Assembly (NCBI GenBank): GCA_033850885.1
Contig: JAWWPG010000010.1
Location: 58,093-122,092, forward strand
Source: Nocardioidaceae bacterium
Lineage (GTDB): Bacteria > Actinomycetota > Actinomycetes > Propionibacteriales > Nocardioidaceae
Length of the DNA: 64,000 bases
Direction: 5' to 3'
Of the stretch, positions 30,410 through 40,420 are shown one piece after another. A program made the position numbers and the translations under genes. Every line of letters begins with the position of its first letter. Within the stretch, counting starts at the first letter, position 1. The notes below the pieces were generated by a model that saw nothing but the letters and a program-made list of their open reading frames with translations, was not told the DNA's origin and did no database searches.

Positions 30410-30766
30410 ATGACCCGCTACTGCTTCGTCCTGCAGGTTCGTCCCGACCTACTCGACGACTACAAGGCAAGGCACGCTGCGGTCTGGCCGGAGATGCTGC
30501 ACGCCCTGAAAGCGAACGACTGGAACCACTACTCGATCTTCGCTAGGCCGGACGGGATGCTCATCGGCTACGTCGAGTCCGACGACCTGGCACGAGCCCA
30601 GGACGCGATGGCGGCGACCGACGTCAACGCGCGCTGGCAGGCGGAGATGAGCCGTTACTTCGTGCTCCCCGACGATCGGTTGCCCGATGAGGAGCTCGTC
30701 CTGCTCGAGGAGATCTTCAACCTCGAGGACCAGCTGGAGGCAAGCGAGAGGCGAAACACCACATGA
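30410..30766 (+). CDS. rhaM: L-rhamnose mutarotase
   Basis: Internal ATG at 30410 after GGGAGA. 118 aa: MTRYCFVLQVRPDLLDDYKARHAAVWPEM..NYSIF, the typical RhaM signature. Confidence 0.9.
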   Translation: MTRYCFVLQVRPDLLDDYKARHAAVWPEMLHALKANDWNHYSIFARPDGMLIGYVESDDLARAQDAMAATDVNARWQAEMSRYFVLPDDRLPDEELVLLEEIFNLEDQLEASERRNTT

Positions 30767-32301
30767 CGACAACCCACCCGGCTGCTGTCCGGCACATCCC
30801 CGGTCTCGCGCGGGTCGCGCCCCGGCGGACGACCGTTGGTCTCGTCTCGGGAGGCCTGGGCGCCTACTGGCCGCAGTTCCCCGACCTGCTTCCGCAGCTG
30901 CAAGCCTCCGCGGCCAGGGTTGCCGAACGGATGCGGGCCATCGACTGCGATGTCGTCGACGTCGGCTTCATCTCTGACGCAGAGGACGGAGCCCGCGCCG
31001 CCGAGCAGCTGAGGGTTGCGGGTTGCGACTTGATCGTCGGGTTCCTGACGACGTACATGACAGCTTCCATGCTCGTGCCGGTGGCGCAACGCAGCGGGGC
31101 ACCAGTTCTGCTGATCAACCTGCAGCCGACCGAGGTGATGGACCATGCCACGTTCGACACGGGCAAGTGGCTGGCGTACTGCGGCGCGTGCCCGCTGCCG
31201 GAGATGGCGAACGCGTTCCTGCGGTGCGGCGTCCCGTTCCGGTCTGTGTCGGGGTACGTCGAGGATGAACGCGCCTGGGCGAGGATCGGTCGCTGGATCA
31301 AGGGAGCCGGGGTTCGGGGCGCCTTGAAGCACGGCAGGCACGGCCTGCTCGGCCACCTCTATCCCGGCATGCTCGACGTGTCGACGGACCTCACCCTCGT
31401 CACCGCCAACCTGGGTGGCCATGTCGAGGTGCTCGAGATCGATGACCTCCGAGTGCGCGTCGACGCCGTCAGCGACGCCGACGTCGAGGGGCGCATGCAG
31501 GTCGCGAGAGATGTCTTCGAGATCGACGCGACGGCGGCGGACGACGACTTCCGCTGGGCCGTCCGGGTCTCGCTCGGGCTCGACCGGCTCGTCGAGGACT
31601 TCGGCCTCGACAGCCTCGCGTACTACCACCGCGGACTCGAGGGCGAGCAGCATGAGCGCCTAGCGGCGGGCATGATACTCGGGGCTTCGTTGCTCACCGC
31701 ACGGGGGGTCCCGGCGGCTGGAGAGTACGAGATGCGCACGTCGCTTGCGATGCTCATCCTCGACAGGCTTGGGGGCGGCGGCTCGTTCACCGAGCTGCAG
31801 GCGCTCAACTTCCGAGACGACGTGGTGGAGATGGGCCACGACGGCCCCGCCCACCTGGGCATCAGCGACCAGCGGCCGCTGCTTCGCGGCCTCGGCGTCT
31901 ATCACGGCAAGCGCGGTTGGGGCGTCTCCGTCGAGCTCAACGTGGCACCCGGCCCAGTCACCACCCTCGGTCTGGCCCAGGGTCGTGACGGTGCCTTCCG
32001 GCTGGTCGCCTCGGAGGGGACCGTCGTCCCGGGCCCGGTACTGAGGATCGGCAACTCGACGTCTCGGGTCGACTTCGGCTGCGACCCCGGCGAGTGGACC
32101 GACGCCTGGAGCGCGACCGGTATCTCGCACCACTGGGCGCTCGGTGTCGGCCACCTCGTCCCTGAGCTGCGCGCCACCGCGGACCTTCTCGGCATCGAGC
32201 TGGTCGAGGTGTCCCTGAACAGTCCCAGCCGGCTCGGGCGCGACGGATCACCAGTCGCAGCAAGCCATCAACAAGCGGAAAGCAGGATCACTCATGGTTG
32301 A
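30763..32301 (+). CDS. L-arabinose-isomerase (AraA/FucI-fold) family protein of unknown specificity
   Basis: 512 aa. Alignment by eye to E. coli AraA keeps the metal/catalytic positions: AGEYE (vs AGEGD), FTELQ (vs FMEDY), MGHDGP (vs GSHMLE), GISHHW (vs GGAHHT). ATGA overlap with rhaM. Confidence 0.7.
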   Translation: MTTTHPAAVRHIPGLARVAPRRTTVGLVSGGLGAYWPQFPDLLPQLQASAARVAERMRAIDCDVVDVGFISDAEDGARAAEQLRVAGCDLIVGFLTTYMTASMLVPVAQRSGAPVLLINLQPTEVMDHATFDTGKWLAYCGACPLPEMANAFLRCGVPFRSVSGYVEDERAWARIGRWIKGAGVRGALKHGRHGLLGHLYPGMLDVSTDLTLVTANLGGHVEVLEIDDLRVRVDAVSDADVEGRMQVARDVFEIDATAADDDFRWAVRVSLGLDRLVEDFGLDSLAYYHRGLEGEQHERLAAGMILGASLLTARGVPAAGEYEMRTSLAMLILDRLGGGGSFTELQALNFRDDVVEMGHDGPAHLGISDQRPLLRGLGVYHGKRGWGVSVELNVAPGPVTTLGLAQGRDGAFRLVASEGTVVPGPVLRIGNSTSRVDFGCDPGEWTDAWSATGISHHWALGVGHLVPELRATADLLGIELVEVSLNSPSRLGRDGSPVAASHQQAESRITHG

Positions 32302-33460
32302 TCGCCAGCTGGTCGAGAACACGCTCCGGAGCCAGCGCATCGAGCTGCCGTCCTGGGCGTTCGGCAACTCAGGCACCCGCTTCAAGGTGTTTGGCCAGAA
32401 GGGGGTCCCCCGCACTCCCTTCGAGAAGGTTCAGGACGCCGCCCAGGTGCACGCCCACACGGGCGTCGCCCCGAGCATGGCGCTGCACATCCCGTGGGAC
32501 GCCGTCGACGACTACGCGAAGCTGTCCCAGGCGGCGGCAGACGTCGGCATCGCCCTCGGCACCGTCAACGCCAACGTCTTCCAGGACGACGACTACATGC
32601 TCGGCAGCGTGACCAACCCGGACCCGGCAGTCCGGCGCAAGGCGTTGAGCCACCTGTTCGAATGTGTCGATGTGATGGACGAGACGGGCTCACGCGACCT
32701 CAAGCTGTGGTTCGCGGACGGCACCAACTACCCGGGACAGGACAGCATGCGGGCCCGGCAGGACCGGTTGGCGGAGGCGCTGGCCGCCGTGTACGAGCGG
32801 CTCTCCGGTGACCAGCGGCTGATCCTCGAGTACAAGCTGTTCGAGCCTGCCTTCTACACGATGGACGTCCCCGACTGGGGCACGTCGTACGCCCATTGCC
32901 TGAAGCTGGGACCACGCGCCAAGGTGTGCGTCGACACCGGTCACCACGCACCTGGGACGAACATCGAGTTCATCGTCGCTCTCCTGCTGCGTGAAGGGAA
33001 GCTGGGTGCCTTCGATTTCAACTCGCGCTTCTACGCCGACGACGACCTGATGGTCGGCGCAGCCGACCCCTTCCAGCTCTTCCGGATCCTCTTCGAGGTG
33101 GTCAGCGGTGGCGGGTTGGCCGCCGAGGCGGGGATCGCCTTCATGCTCGACCAGTGCCACAACATCGAACCCAAGATCCCCGGCCAGATCCGATCCGTGA
33201 TGAACGTCCAGGAGGCGACCGCCAAGGCGCTTCTCGTCGATGTGACTGCCCTGGAGTCGGCGCAGGGCGCGGGCGACGTGCTCGGCGCCAACGCCGTCCT
33301 GATGGACGCTTACAACACGGATGTCCGCCCGCTGCTGGCCGAGCTGCGACAGCAACTCGGGCTGGACCCGGATCCCATCGCGGCCTACTTGCGGTCCGGA
33401 TACGCGGAGCGGATCGTCGCCGAGCGGATCGGCGGACAGCAGGCCGGCTGGGGGGCCTGA
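32294..33460 (+). CDS. rhaI: L-rhamnose isomerase (xylose-isomerase-like TIM barrel, Pseudomonas stutzeri/actinobacterial type)
   Basis: 388 aa. ELPSWAFGNSGTRFKVF, HIPWD, DTGHH and FDFNSRFYADDDL motifs typical of this RhaI class. Confidence 0.9.
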   Translation: MVDRQLVENTLRSQRIELPSWAFGNSGTRFKVFGQKGVPRTPFEKVQDAAQVHAHTGVAPSMALHIPWDAVDDYAKLSQAAADVGIALGTVNANVFQDDDYMLGSVTNPDPAVRRKALSHLFECVDVMDETGSRDLKLWFADGTNYPGQDSMRARQDRLAEALAAVYERLSGDQRLILEYKLFEPAFYTMDVPDWGTSYAHCLKLGPRAKVCVDTGHHAPGTNIEFIVALLLREGKLGAFDFNSRFYADDDLMVGAADPFQLFRILFEVVSGGGLAAEAGIAFMLDQCHNIEPKIPGQIRSVMNVQEATAKALLVDVTALESAQGAGDVLGANAVLMDAYNTDVRPLLAELRQQLGLDPDPIAAYLRSGYAERIVAERIGGQQAGWGA

Positions 33461-33505
33461 GCACATGATGTCCGAGCCCCATCCCGACACGACAGGCGAG
33501 AAGCG

Positions 33506-35554
33506 ATGACGAACACAGAGCAAGCTGTGGAGGTGCGCGCGCTCGTCGAGCGCTCGAATCGACTTGGGGCCGATCCCAGGAACACCAACTACGCCGGGGG
33601 AAACACGTCCGTCAAGGCGGTCGCGGACGACCCGGTGACGTCTGAGCCCGTCGAGCTCTTGTGGGTCAAGGGGTCGGGCGGTGACCTCGGCACGCTCACC
33701 GCTGACGGGCTCGCCCTGCTACGTCTCGACCGGCTGCGGGCCCTCAGAGACGTCTATCCCGGCGTCGACCGCGAGGATGAGATGGTTGCCGCATTCGACT
33801 TCTGCCTTCACGGCAAGGGCGGAGCCGCGCCCTCCATCGACACGGCGATGCACGGTCTCGTGGACGCCGTCCACGTCGACCACCTCCACCCCGACTCCGG
33901 GATTGCGCTGGCTACCTCGGCCGACGGGGAGAGACTTACCCGCGAGTGCTTCGGTGACCGGGTGGTCTGGGTGCCGTGGCGGCGCCCAGGATTCCAGCTT
34001 GGACTCGACATCGCCGCAGTCAAGGAGGCCAACCCGCAGGCGATCGGCTGTGTGCTCGGCGGCCACGGGATCACGGCCTGGGGCGAGACCAGCGACGAGT
34101 GCGAGGCGCGCTCGCTCGACATCATCCGGACCGCCGAGGCTTTCATCATCGAGCACAGCGTGCGGGAGCCCTTCGGGCCGGTCGTCGACGGCTACCGGCC
34201 GCTGCCCGTCGACGAGCGGCGCCGCCGGGCAGCATCGCTGTTCCCACTGCTCCGCGGACTGGCGTCGACCGACCGACGGCAGGTGGGACACTTCACCGAC
34301 AGTGACGCGGTGCTCGACTTCGTCGCCCGGGCCGAGCATCCGCGGTTGGCCGCCCTCGGGACCTCCTGCCCCGACCACTTCCTGCGGACCAAGGTGCGCC
34401 CCATGGTGCTGGACCTCCCGGCGGACGCACCGCTCGCCGAGGTGGAGAAGCGGCTGCGCGAGCTGCATCTCCGGTACCGGGAGGACTACCAGACGTACTA
34501 CGAGCGGTACGCCGACAGCGTGACCCCTCCGATGCGTGGAGCGGACCCGGCGATCGTCCTGGTCCCCGGTGTCGGCATGTTCAGCTTCGGGGCCAACAAG
34601 CAGACGGCGCGAGTTGCCGGCGAGTTCTACGTCAACGCCATCAACGTCATGCGCGGGGCGGAAGGGTTGTCGACGTACCAGCCGATCGACGAACGGGAGA
34701 AGTTCCGGATCGAGTACTGGGCGCTGGAGGAGGCCAAGCTGCAGCGGATGCCCAAGCCGAAGCCGCTCGCCACGCGCGTCGCATTCGTGACCGGTGGTGG
34801 GTCCGGAATCGGGCGGGCGATCGCCCACCGGCTCGCCGCGGAAGGGGCATGCGTGATCGTCGCCGACCGTGACGCAGACAACGCCGTCTCCGTGGCCGGG
34901 GAGATCGGCTCAGCCGATGTCGCGGTCGCGGTGACCGCCGACGTCACCGACGACGAGCAGGTCGCCGCGGCGATTCGTGAAGGGGTGCTCGCCTTCGGCG
35001 GTGTCGATCTCGTCGTCAACAACGCGGGGTTGTCGATCTCCAAACCGCTGCTCGAGACGACGACGAAGGACTGGGACGTCCAACACGATGTGATGGCGAA
35101 GGGCTCGTTCCTCGTGTCGCGGGAGGCGGCGCGGGTGATGGGCGAACAGGGGTTCGGAGGCGACATCGTCTACATCGCCAGCAAGAACGCGCTGTTCGCC
35201 GGCCCGAACAACGTCGCGTACGGCGCGGCCAAGGCCGACCAGGCGCACCAGGTGCGGCTGCTCGCGGCCGAGCTCGGGGAGCAGGGGATCCGGGTCAACG
35301 GCGTCAACCCGGACGGCGTAGTCCGGGGCTCGGGCATCTTCTCGAGTGGCTGGGGTGCGCAGCGGGCCGCGGTCTACGGGGTCCCCGAGGACGAGCTCGG
35401 CGCCTTCTACGCGCAGCGCACTCTGCTGAAGCGGGAGGTCCTGCCGGAGCACGTCGCCAACGCGGTTTTCGTACTCACCGGCGGCGAGCTCTCTCACACC
35501 ACGGGGCTGCACATCCCGGTCGATGCCGGCGTGGCCGCCGCATTCCTGCGGTGA
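33506..35554 (+). CDS. rhaEW: Bifunctional rhamnulose-1-phosphate aldolase / lactaldehyde dehydrogenase (class II aldolase + SDR)
   Basis: 682 aa. N-terminal aldolase/adducin-type domain (NYAGGNTSVK, HLHPD) fused to an SDR domain (VTGGGSGIGRA, YxxxK region YGAAKAD). Confidence 0.9.
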   Translation: MTNTEQAVEVRALVERSNRLGADPRNTNYAGGNTSVKAVADDPVTSEPVELLWVKGSGGDLGTLTADGLALLRLDRLRALRDVYPGVDREDEMVAAFDFCLHGKGGAAPSIDTAMHGLVDAVHVDHLHPDSGIALATSADGERLTRECFGDRVVWVPWRRPGFQLGLDIAAVKEANPQAIGCVLGGHGITAWGETSDECEARSLDIIRTAEAFIIEHSVREPFGPVVDGYRPLPVDERRRRAASLFPLLRGLASTDRRQVGHFTDSDAVLDFVARAEHPRLAALGTSCPDHFLRTKVRPMVLDLPADAPLAEVEKRLRELHLRYREDYQTYYERYADSVTPPMRGADPAIVLVPGVGMFSFGANKQTARVAGEFYVNAINVMRGAEGLSTYQPIDEREKFRIEYWALEEAKLQRMPKPKPLATRVAFVTGGGSGIGRAIAHRLAAEGACVIVADRDADNAVSVAGEIGSADVAVAVTADVTDDEQVAAAIREGVLAFGGVDLVVNNAGLSISKPLLETTTKDWDVQHDVMAKGSFLVSREAARVMGEQGFGGDIVYIASKNALFAGPNNVAYGAAKADQAHQVRLLAAELGEQGIRVNGVNPDGVVRGSGIFSSGWGAQRAAVYGVPEDELGAFYAQRTLLKREVLPEHVANAVFVLTGGELSHTTGLHIPVDAGVAAAFLR

Positions 35555-35558
35555 GGAG

Positions 35559-37049
35559 GTGAGCCCCGGTGCGTCGGCCGCCTTTGCCGCCGTGGACCTG
35601 GGGGCGTCCAGCGGTCGGGTGATGGTCGGGCGAGTCGGCCGAGACCACCTCTCGCTCGCCGAGACCAACCGCTTCCCGAACGTTCCGGTGGACGTGTGTG
35701 GAACCCTGCACTGGGACATTCTCGCGCTGTACAACGGGATTCTCGAGGGGCTGCGCGCGGCCGTGCGGGTCGCGCCGGCGCTGGCGGGCATCGGGATCGA
35801 CTCCTGGGCCATCGACTACGGCCTGCTCGACGAGTCGGGCGAGCTCCTCGCCAACCCGGTGCACTACCGCGACCGCCGTACCGACGGTGTCATGGACGAG
35901 GTGCTCGCTCGAACCCCGGGGGAGCTTCTGTACCGGACCACGGGAGTCCAGCTGCTGCCGTTCAACACGGTCTTCCAGCTCGTTGCGGCCGCGGGGACGC
36001 CGATGCTTCGCAACGCGTCGAGGCTGCTGCTGATCCCAGACCTGTTGAGCTACTGGCTGACGGGATTGCTGGGCGCAGAGGTCACGAACGCGTCCACCAC
36101 GCAGCTGCTGGATGTCACCACCCGCTCGTGGGCCACGGACCTGATGCGGCGCCTCGGGATCGAGCCCGCCCTGTTCCCGCCGCTGCGACACCCTGGTGAT
36201 GCGGCCGGCGAGGTCACCGACCGGGTACGTCGCTTCCTCGGCGTCGAGGGCGACCTACCGGTGACCGCGGTGGGCTCGCACGACACGGCCTCGGCCGTCG
36301 TCGGTGTGCCCGCCTCCGGGACGCACTTCGCCTACATCTCGTGCGGGACCTGGTCGCTCGCCGGGGTCGAGCTGGACCGGCCGATCCTGTCGGAGGAGGG
36401 CAGGCTGGCAAACTTCACCAACGAGGCTGGCGTCGACGGCACCGTCCGCTACCTGCGCAACGTGATGGGACTCTGGCTGCTTCAGGAGTCGCTCCGGACC
36501 TGGGCCGCCATCGGCCTGCCGGCCGACCTCCCGACGCTGCTCAACGACGCGGCCCGGGTTCCGCGCTTCACCGCCCTGGTAGATCCCGACGACCCCGCGT
36601 TCCTCCCTCCCGGTGACATGCCCGCCCGCATCGCGGCCTTCTGCCAGCGGACCGGGCAGACGCCTCCGCAGAACCAGGCGGAGACCGTGAGGTGCATCCT
36701 GGACAGCCTTGCCCTGGCGTACCGGCGAGTGGTCCGGCAGGCGGCCGCGCTTTCCGGCGTCCCTGTCGAGGTCGTGCACATCGTCGGTGGCGGTGCGCGG
36801 AACGAGCTGTTGTGCCAGCTGACTGCGGATGCCTGCGCGCTGCCGGTCGTCGCCGGACCGGTCGAGGCTGCGGCGCTGGGGAATGTGCTCGTCCAGGCCC
36901 GCGCCGCTGGCGCCGCCCAGGGAGGCTTGGGCGAGCTGAGGGAGCTGACCCGTCGTACCCAGGAGCTGAGACGCTATGTACCCGGCGACGACGAGCAGGC
37001 CTGGACCGCCGCCGCCGCGCGGCTGGCGCCCGCGAGCCGGCGTACCTAG
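35559..37049 (+). CDS. rhaB: Rhamnulokinase (FGGY family)
   Basis: FGGY N-terminal motif AVDLGASSGRV and the C-terminal GGGARNELLCQ. Start is uncertain: GTG 35559, or ATG 35523 overlapping rhaEW. Confidence 0.85.
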   Translation: MSPGASAAFAAVDLGASSGRVMVGRVGRDHLSLAETNRFPNVPVDVCGTLHWDILALYNGILEGLRAAVRVAPALAGIGIDSWAIDYGLLDESGELLANPVHYRDRRTDGVMDEVLARTPGELLYRTTGVQLLPFNTVFQLVAAAGTPMLRNASRLLLIPDLLSYWLTGLLGAEVTNASTTQLLDVTTRSWATDLMRRLGIEPALFPPLRHPGDAAGEVTDRVRRFLGVEGDLPVTAVGSHDTASAVVGVPASGTHFAYISCGTWSLAGVELDRPILSEEGRLANFTNEAGVDGTVRYLRNVMGLWLLQESLRTWAAIGLPADLPTLLNDAARVPRFTALVDPDDPAFLPPGDMPARIAAFCQRTGQTPPQNQAETVRCILDSLALAYRRVVRQAAALSGVPVEVVHIVGGGARNELLCQLTADACALPVVAGPVEAAALGNVLVQARAAGAAQGGLGELRELTRRTQELRRYVPGDDEQAWTAAAARLAPASRRT

Positions 37050-37131
37050 CCGAAGCAACCGCCGGGAGGGGTCGCCGGAGGCCGGCCTGATCTGCCGAGA
37101 GTGTCGCCAGGACCGTTCAAAAACGGCATGT

Positions 37132-39402
37132 ATGGTCGTCTCCGTGATCCTGCGAAGAGTGCTGGGCAGCTCCTGGCTGCCGATGATCGCGGCGCTGTTG
37201 GGGATCCTTCTGATCCTCGCCGACCGGAACGTCTCGGCCGGCGACCTCGCTAAGTTCGTCGCCTTCCTGGCCCTGACGGTCGCGTTGCCGGGTGTCTTCA
37301 CGTGGCGGCTCCTGTTGGCCCACCTGCACGCAGGCGAAGCCGACTCTCCGACCTGGTTGGAGGATCTCTCGCTCGGGACCATCTTCGGTTTCGGTGTGCA
37401 GCTGCCCGTCTACCTGCTCGGCGTCTGGATCAACATCCCGTTGCTCTTCCTCGTGCTCCCGGTGGTCGTCATCGTCCTCTCGCTGGCGACCGCCTTCGGG
37501 CGTCGTACCTGGACGCTGCCGACCAGGCAGATCGACGTCAGGGTCTCGTGGTCGCTCGCGGCCATCATGCTGTACGGCGTCGCCTGGCTCGGGCGCTACA
37601 TCTGGCCCCTGCACCCGCTGACGATACCGGCGTACCGGACGCCACGCGTGGACGAGACGTTCCACGAGGCCCTCATCTCCGAGCTCGTGAACCGGTTCCC
37701 GCCACAGATCCCGTACCTGCTGGGGACACCGCTGAACTACCACTGGTTCGCGCACGCCCAGATGGCCGCCGACCATTGGGCGACCGGGCTGGCCAGCCCC
37801 GAGATGCTGACCGAGCTGATGCCATCGGCGCTGCTCGCCCTCACCGTGCTGGGGCTCGGAGCCGTCGCTCTGCGGCTGACGAGCCGCTCTCTCGCCGCGG
37901 TCGTCGCGCCTGGGCTCCTGGTGGCCGGAGGGTTCTGCCTGATGGGGCCGCACTACGACGCGGGCGCCATCACCGAGCCTTACCTGTCGTGGAGGTTCGT
38001 CTCGAGCCCCTCTCAGGCGTACGGCTTCATGATGGCGCTGCCGGCCATCATGTTGATCCTCGAGGTGCTGCGACCCGACCGGAAGCCGCACCGGCTCACC
38101 TGGGTGACCCTTGCCCTGGCCCTCCTTGCTCTGTCCGGCTCGAAGGCGACTTTCATGCCGATCTTCGTCTGCGGAGGGATCGGGCTCGTGCTCGTCCAGC
38201 TCCTGCTCACGCACAGGTTCGACAAGAGAGCTGTGGGACTTGCCGGCCTGCTCGTCGCCGCGGCTGTCTTTGCCCAGCTGGTGATCCTCGGCGGAAGCAC
38301 TGGCGCTCTTGCACTGGACCCGTTCCGCACCGTCCAGACTGCCCTGGCGAAGCAGCACATCCCCGTCAGCCACGGGACGGAGCTGGCGATGACGGTCACT
38401 CTCCTGATCGGATGGCTGCTGTACGGCGCGGGCGTCTTCGGGCTGCTCCGCAACAAGCTATGGCGTGATCCCCGCACCGTGTTCATGGTGATCTGCATCC
38501 CGGCAGGAGTCTCTGTCGCGTTCCTCTTCTTCCGTTCCGGGCTCAGCCAGCTGTGGTTCCAGCGGTCGGTCGCCGAGCTCGTCGTCCTGCTGTCCGCCTG
38601 GGGCCTCACTCAGCTGGTGCCCAGTCCGGTGCCGCAGCGGCTGGGGCTTTACCTCGCGGGCCTTGCCGCGGGCGCGGGGCTGGCGGCGTATCTGGTCAGC
38701 GCATACGCGGAACGGGGCAACGGGGTAGTCATCAAGGCGACCGAGGCCGAGGTCGTTGCCACGGCGTTGGCGCCGTTCCTGGTGGTGGCCGTGTATTTCT
38801 TAGGTCGCCTCGTCCTGGGGGCGGCACATCGTCCGCGACCGGGGCCCGTCATGCTGCTGGCGGTGCTGCTCGGCCTCGGGCTCACGCACGTCTACTCGCT
38901 GGCGTACGACACCGTCTCCCAGAGGAGCGAGCACCATCTCCCACCGCCCAAGCCCCAGTTCGCGCCGGGCGGCGTCGACGCCGCCACCTGGATCGCCGAC
39001 CACTCCGGCCGGTACGACATCGTGGCCACCAACGCGCATTGCCGGCTGCCCGATACTGCGCTGTGCGACAACCGGAACTTCTGGGTGTCGGCGTACACCC
39101 AGCGCCGAGTCGTCATCGAAGGATGGGGCTACACCACAATCACCAACGCGGGCTACTCCGACACCGCCCGCAACCAGAACATCCCGAACCCTTACCCGGA
39201 GCGCCTCAAGATCAACGATGCGGCCTTCGAGAACCCCTCGCCCACGACCGTGAACCGGCTCGTCAACACGTACGGCGTCAAGTTCCTCTTCGTCGACAAG
39301 CAGTATCCCGCCGACGTCCCTGGCATGAAGGCGTTGAAGCCGCTCCTGCACAAGAAGTTCCAGAACCACAACTACGTCGTCTTCAAGGTGGCTCCGAACT
39401 AA
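37132..39402 (+). CDS. Large polytopic membrane protein, GT-C-fold glycosyltransferase candidate
   Basis: 756 aa from the first ATG after the rhaB stop. At least 12 predicted TM helices. An acidic motif (RVDETFHEALISEL) follows the early TM helices, as in GT-C enzymes. About 190-aa soluble C-terminal domain. Confidence 0.5.
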   Translation: MVVSVILRRVLGSSWLPMIAALLGILLILADRNVSAGDLAKFVAFLALTVALPGVFTWRLLLAHLHAGEADSPTWLEDLSLGTIFGFGVQLPVYLLGVWINIPLLFLVLPVVVIVLSLATAFGRRTWTLPTRQIDVRVSWSLAAIMLYGVAWLGRYIWPLHPLTIPAYRTPRVDETFHEALISELVNRFPPQIPYLLGTPLNYHWFAHAQMAADHWATGLASPEMLTELMPSALLALTVLGLGAVALRLTSRSLAAVVAPGLLVAGGFCLMGPHYDAGAITEPYLSWRFVSSPSQAYGFMMALPAIMLILEVLRPDRKPHRLTWVTLALALLALSGSKATFMPIFVCGGIGLVLVQLLLTHRFDKRAVGLAGLLVAAAVFAQLVILGGSTGALALDPFRTVQTALAKQHIPVSHGTELAMTVTLLIGWLLYGAGVFGLLRNKLWRDPRTVFMVICIPAGVSVAFLFFRSGLSQLWFQRSVAELVVLLSAWGLTQLVPSPVPQRLGLYLAGLAAGAGLAAYLVSAYAERGNGVVIKATEAEVVATALAPFLVVAVYFLGRLVLGAAHRPRPGPVMLLAVLLGLGLTHVYSLAYDTVSQRSEHHLPPPKPQFAPGGVDAATWIADHSGRYDIVATNAHCRLPDTALCDNRNFWVSAYTQRRVVIEGWGYTTITNAGYSDTARNQNIPNPYPERLKINDAAFENPSPTTVNRLVNTYGVKFLFVDKQYPADVPGMKALKPLLHKKFQNHNYVVFKVAPN

Positions 39403-39417
39403 GGGAATACTGGTCGC

Positions 39418-40329
39418 ATGCGTGGAATCATCCTGGCGGGCGGCGCCGGAACGAGGCTGCACCCGATCACGCGTGGCGTGAGCAAGCAGCTGCTCCCGGT
39501 CTACGACAAGCCGATGATCTACTACCCCTTGTCGACGCTCATGCTCGCGGGGATCCGCGACGTGCTGGTGATCACCACCCCGCACGAGGCGCCGGCCTTC
39601 GAACGCCTGCTAGGTGACGGGTCACAGTTCGGGGTGTCGATCGCGTACGCCCGCCAGCCGGAGCCGACCGGGTTGGCGCAGGCGTTCGTCATCGGTGCGG
39701 ACTTCGTCGCAAAGGACCGGTGTGCGCTGATCCTGGGTGACAACATCTTCTACGGGCAGGGGCTCGGCCTTCAGCTCAAGCGCTACGCCGATGTCGAAGG
39801 CGCGGCCATCTTCGCCTACTGGGTCACCGACCCGCAGGCATACGGGGTGGTGGAGTTCGACGCTCGGGGCCGTGCGCTCTCCCTCGAGGAGAAGCCGACC
39901 TCCCCACGCAGCAACTACGCCGTCCCGGGCCTGTACTTCTACGACAACGATGTCGTCGACATCGCAAAGAACCTCAAGCCTTCGGCGCGAGGGGAGTACG
40001 AGATCACCGGTGTCAATCAGGTCTATCTCGACCGGAACGCCCTACAGGTCGAGGCTCTGCCGCGGGGCACGGCCTGGTTGGACACGGGGACGTTCGAGTC
40101 GCTCAACGACGCCAGCAACTTCATCCGCACCGTGGAGAAGCGCCAAGGGCTGAAGATCGGTGCGCCCGAGGAAGTTGCGTGGCGGCGCGGCTTCCTGACC
40201 GACGACGAGCTCCGCGACCGCGCCGAGGGGATGCTCAAGAGCGGTTACGGCCAGTACCTGCTGGGCCTGCTGGAGCGCCGAGACCTGCAGTGGAGCAGAT
40301 CCCATCCGAGTCCGGCTGGCGGCCGCTGA
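39418..40329 (+). CDS. rmlA: Glucose-1-phosphate thymidylyltransferase
   Basis: [48 protein letters not shown] is the canonical RmlA N-terminus. Confidence 0.95.
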   Translation: MRGIILAGGAGTRLHPITRGVSKQLLPVYDKPMIYYPLSTLMLAGIRDVLVITTPHEAPAFERLLGDGSQFGVSIAYARQPEPTGLAQAFVIGADFVAKDRCALILGDNIFYGQGLGLQLKRYADVEGAAIFAYWVTDPQAYGVVEFDARGRALSLEEKPTSPRSNYAVPGLYFYDNDVVDIAKNLKPSARGEYEITGVNQVYLDRNALQVEALPRGTAWLDTGTFESLNDASNFIRTVEKRQGLKIGAPEEVAWRRGFLTDDELRDRAEGMLKSGYGQYLLGLLERRDLQWSRSHPSPAGGR

Positions 40330-40420
40330 GGCGGTTTGCTCGGGGGCGTCAATCGAACTCAGCACCGAGATCCGGCGGGCGCTGAGCCACTGGTCAGCAG
40401 ACACCCCCGCCCGCCCGGGT

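Noticed and set aside
37117-39617. ORFs 37117..38373 (-), 37302..38468 (+), 38553..39617 (+) and 38800..39585 (-) overlapping the GT-C candidate and rmlA
   Set aside because: They are alternative frames of a region whose accepted frame gives a coherent multi-TM protein followed by a textbook RmlA. The products of the alternatives are Arg/Pro-rich.
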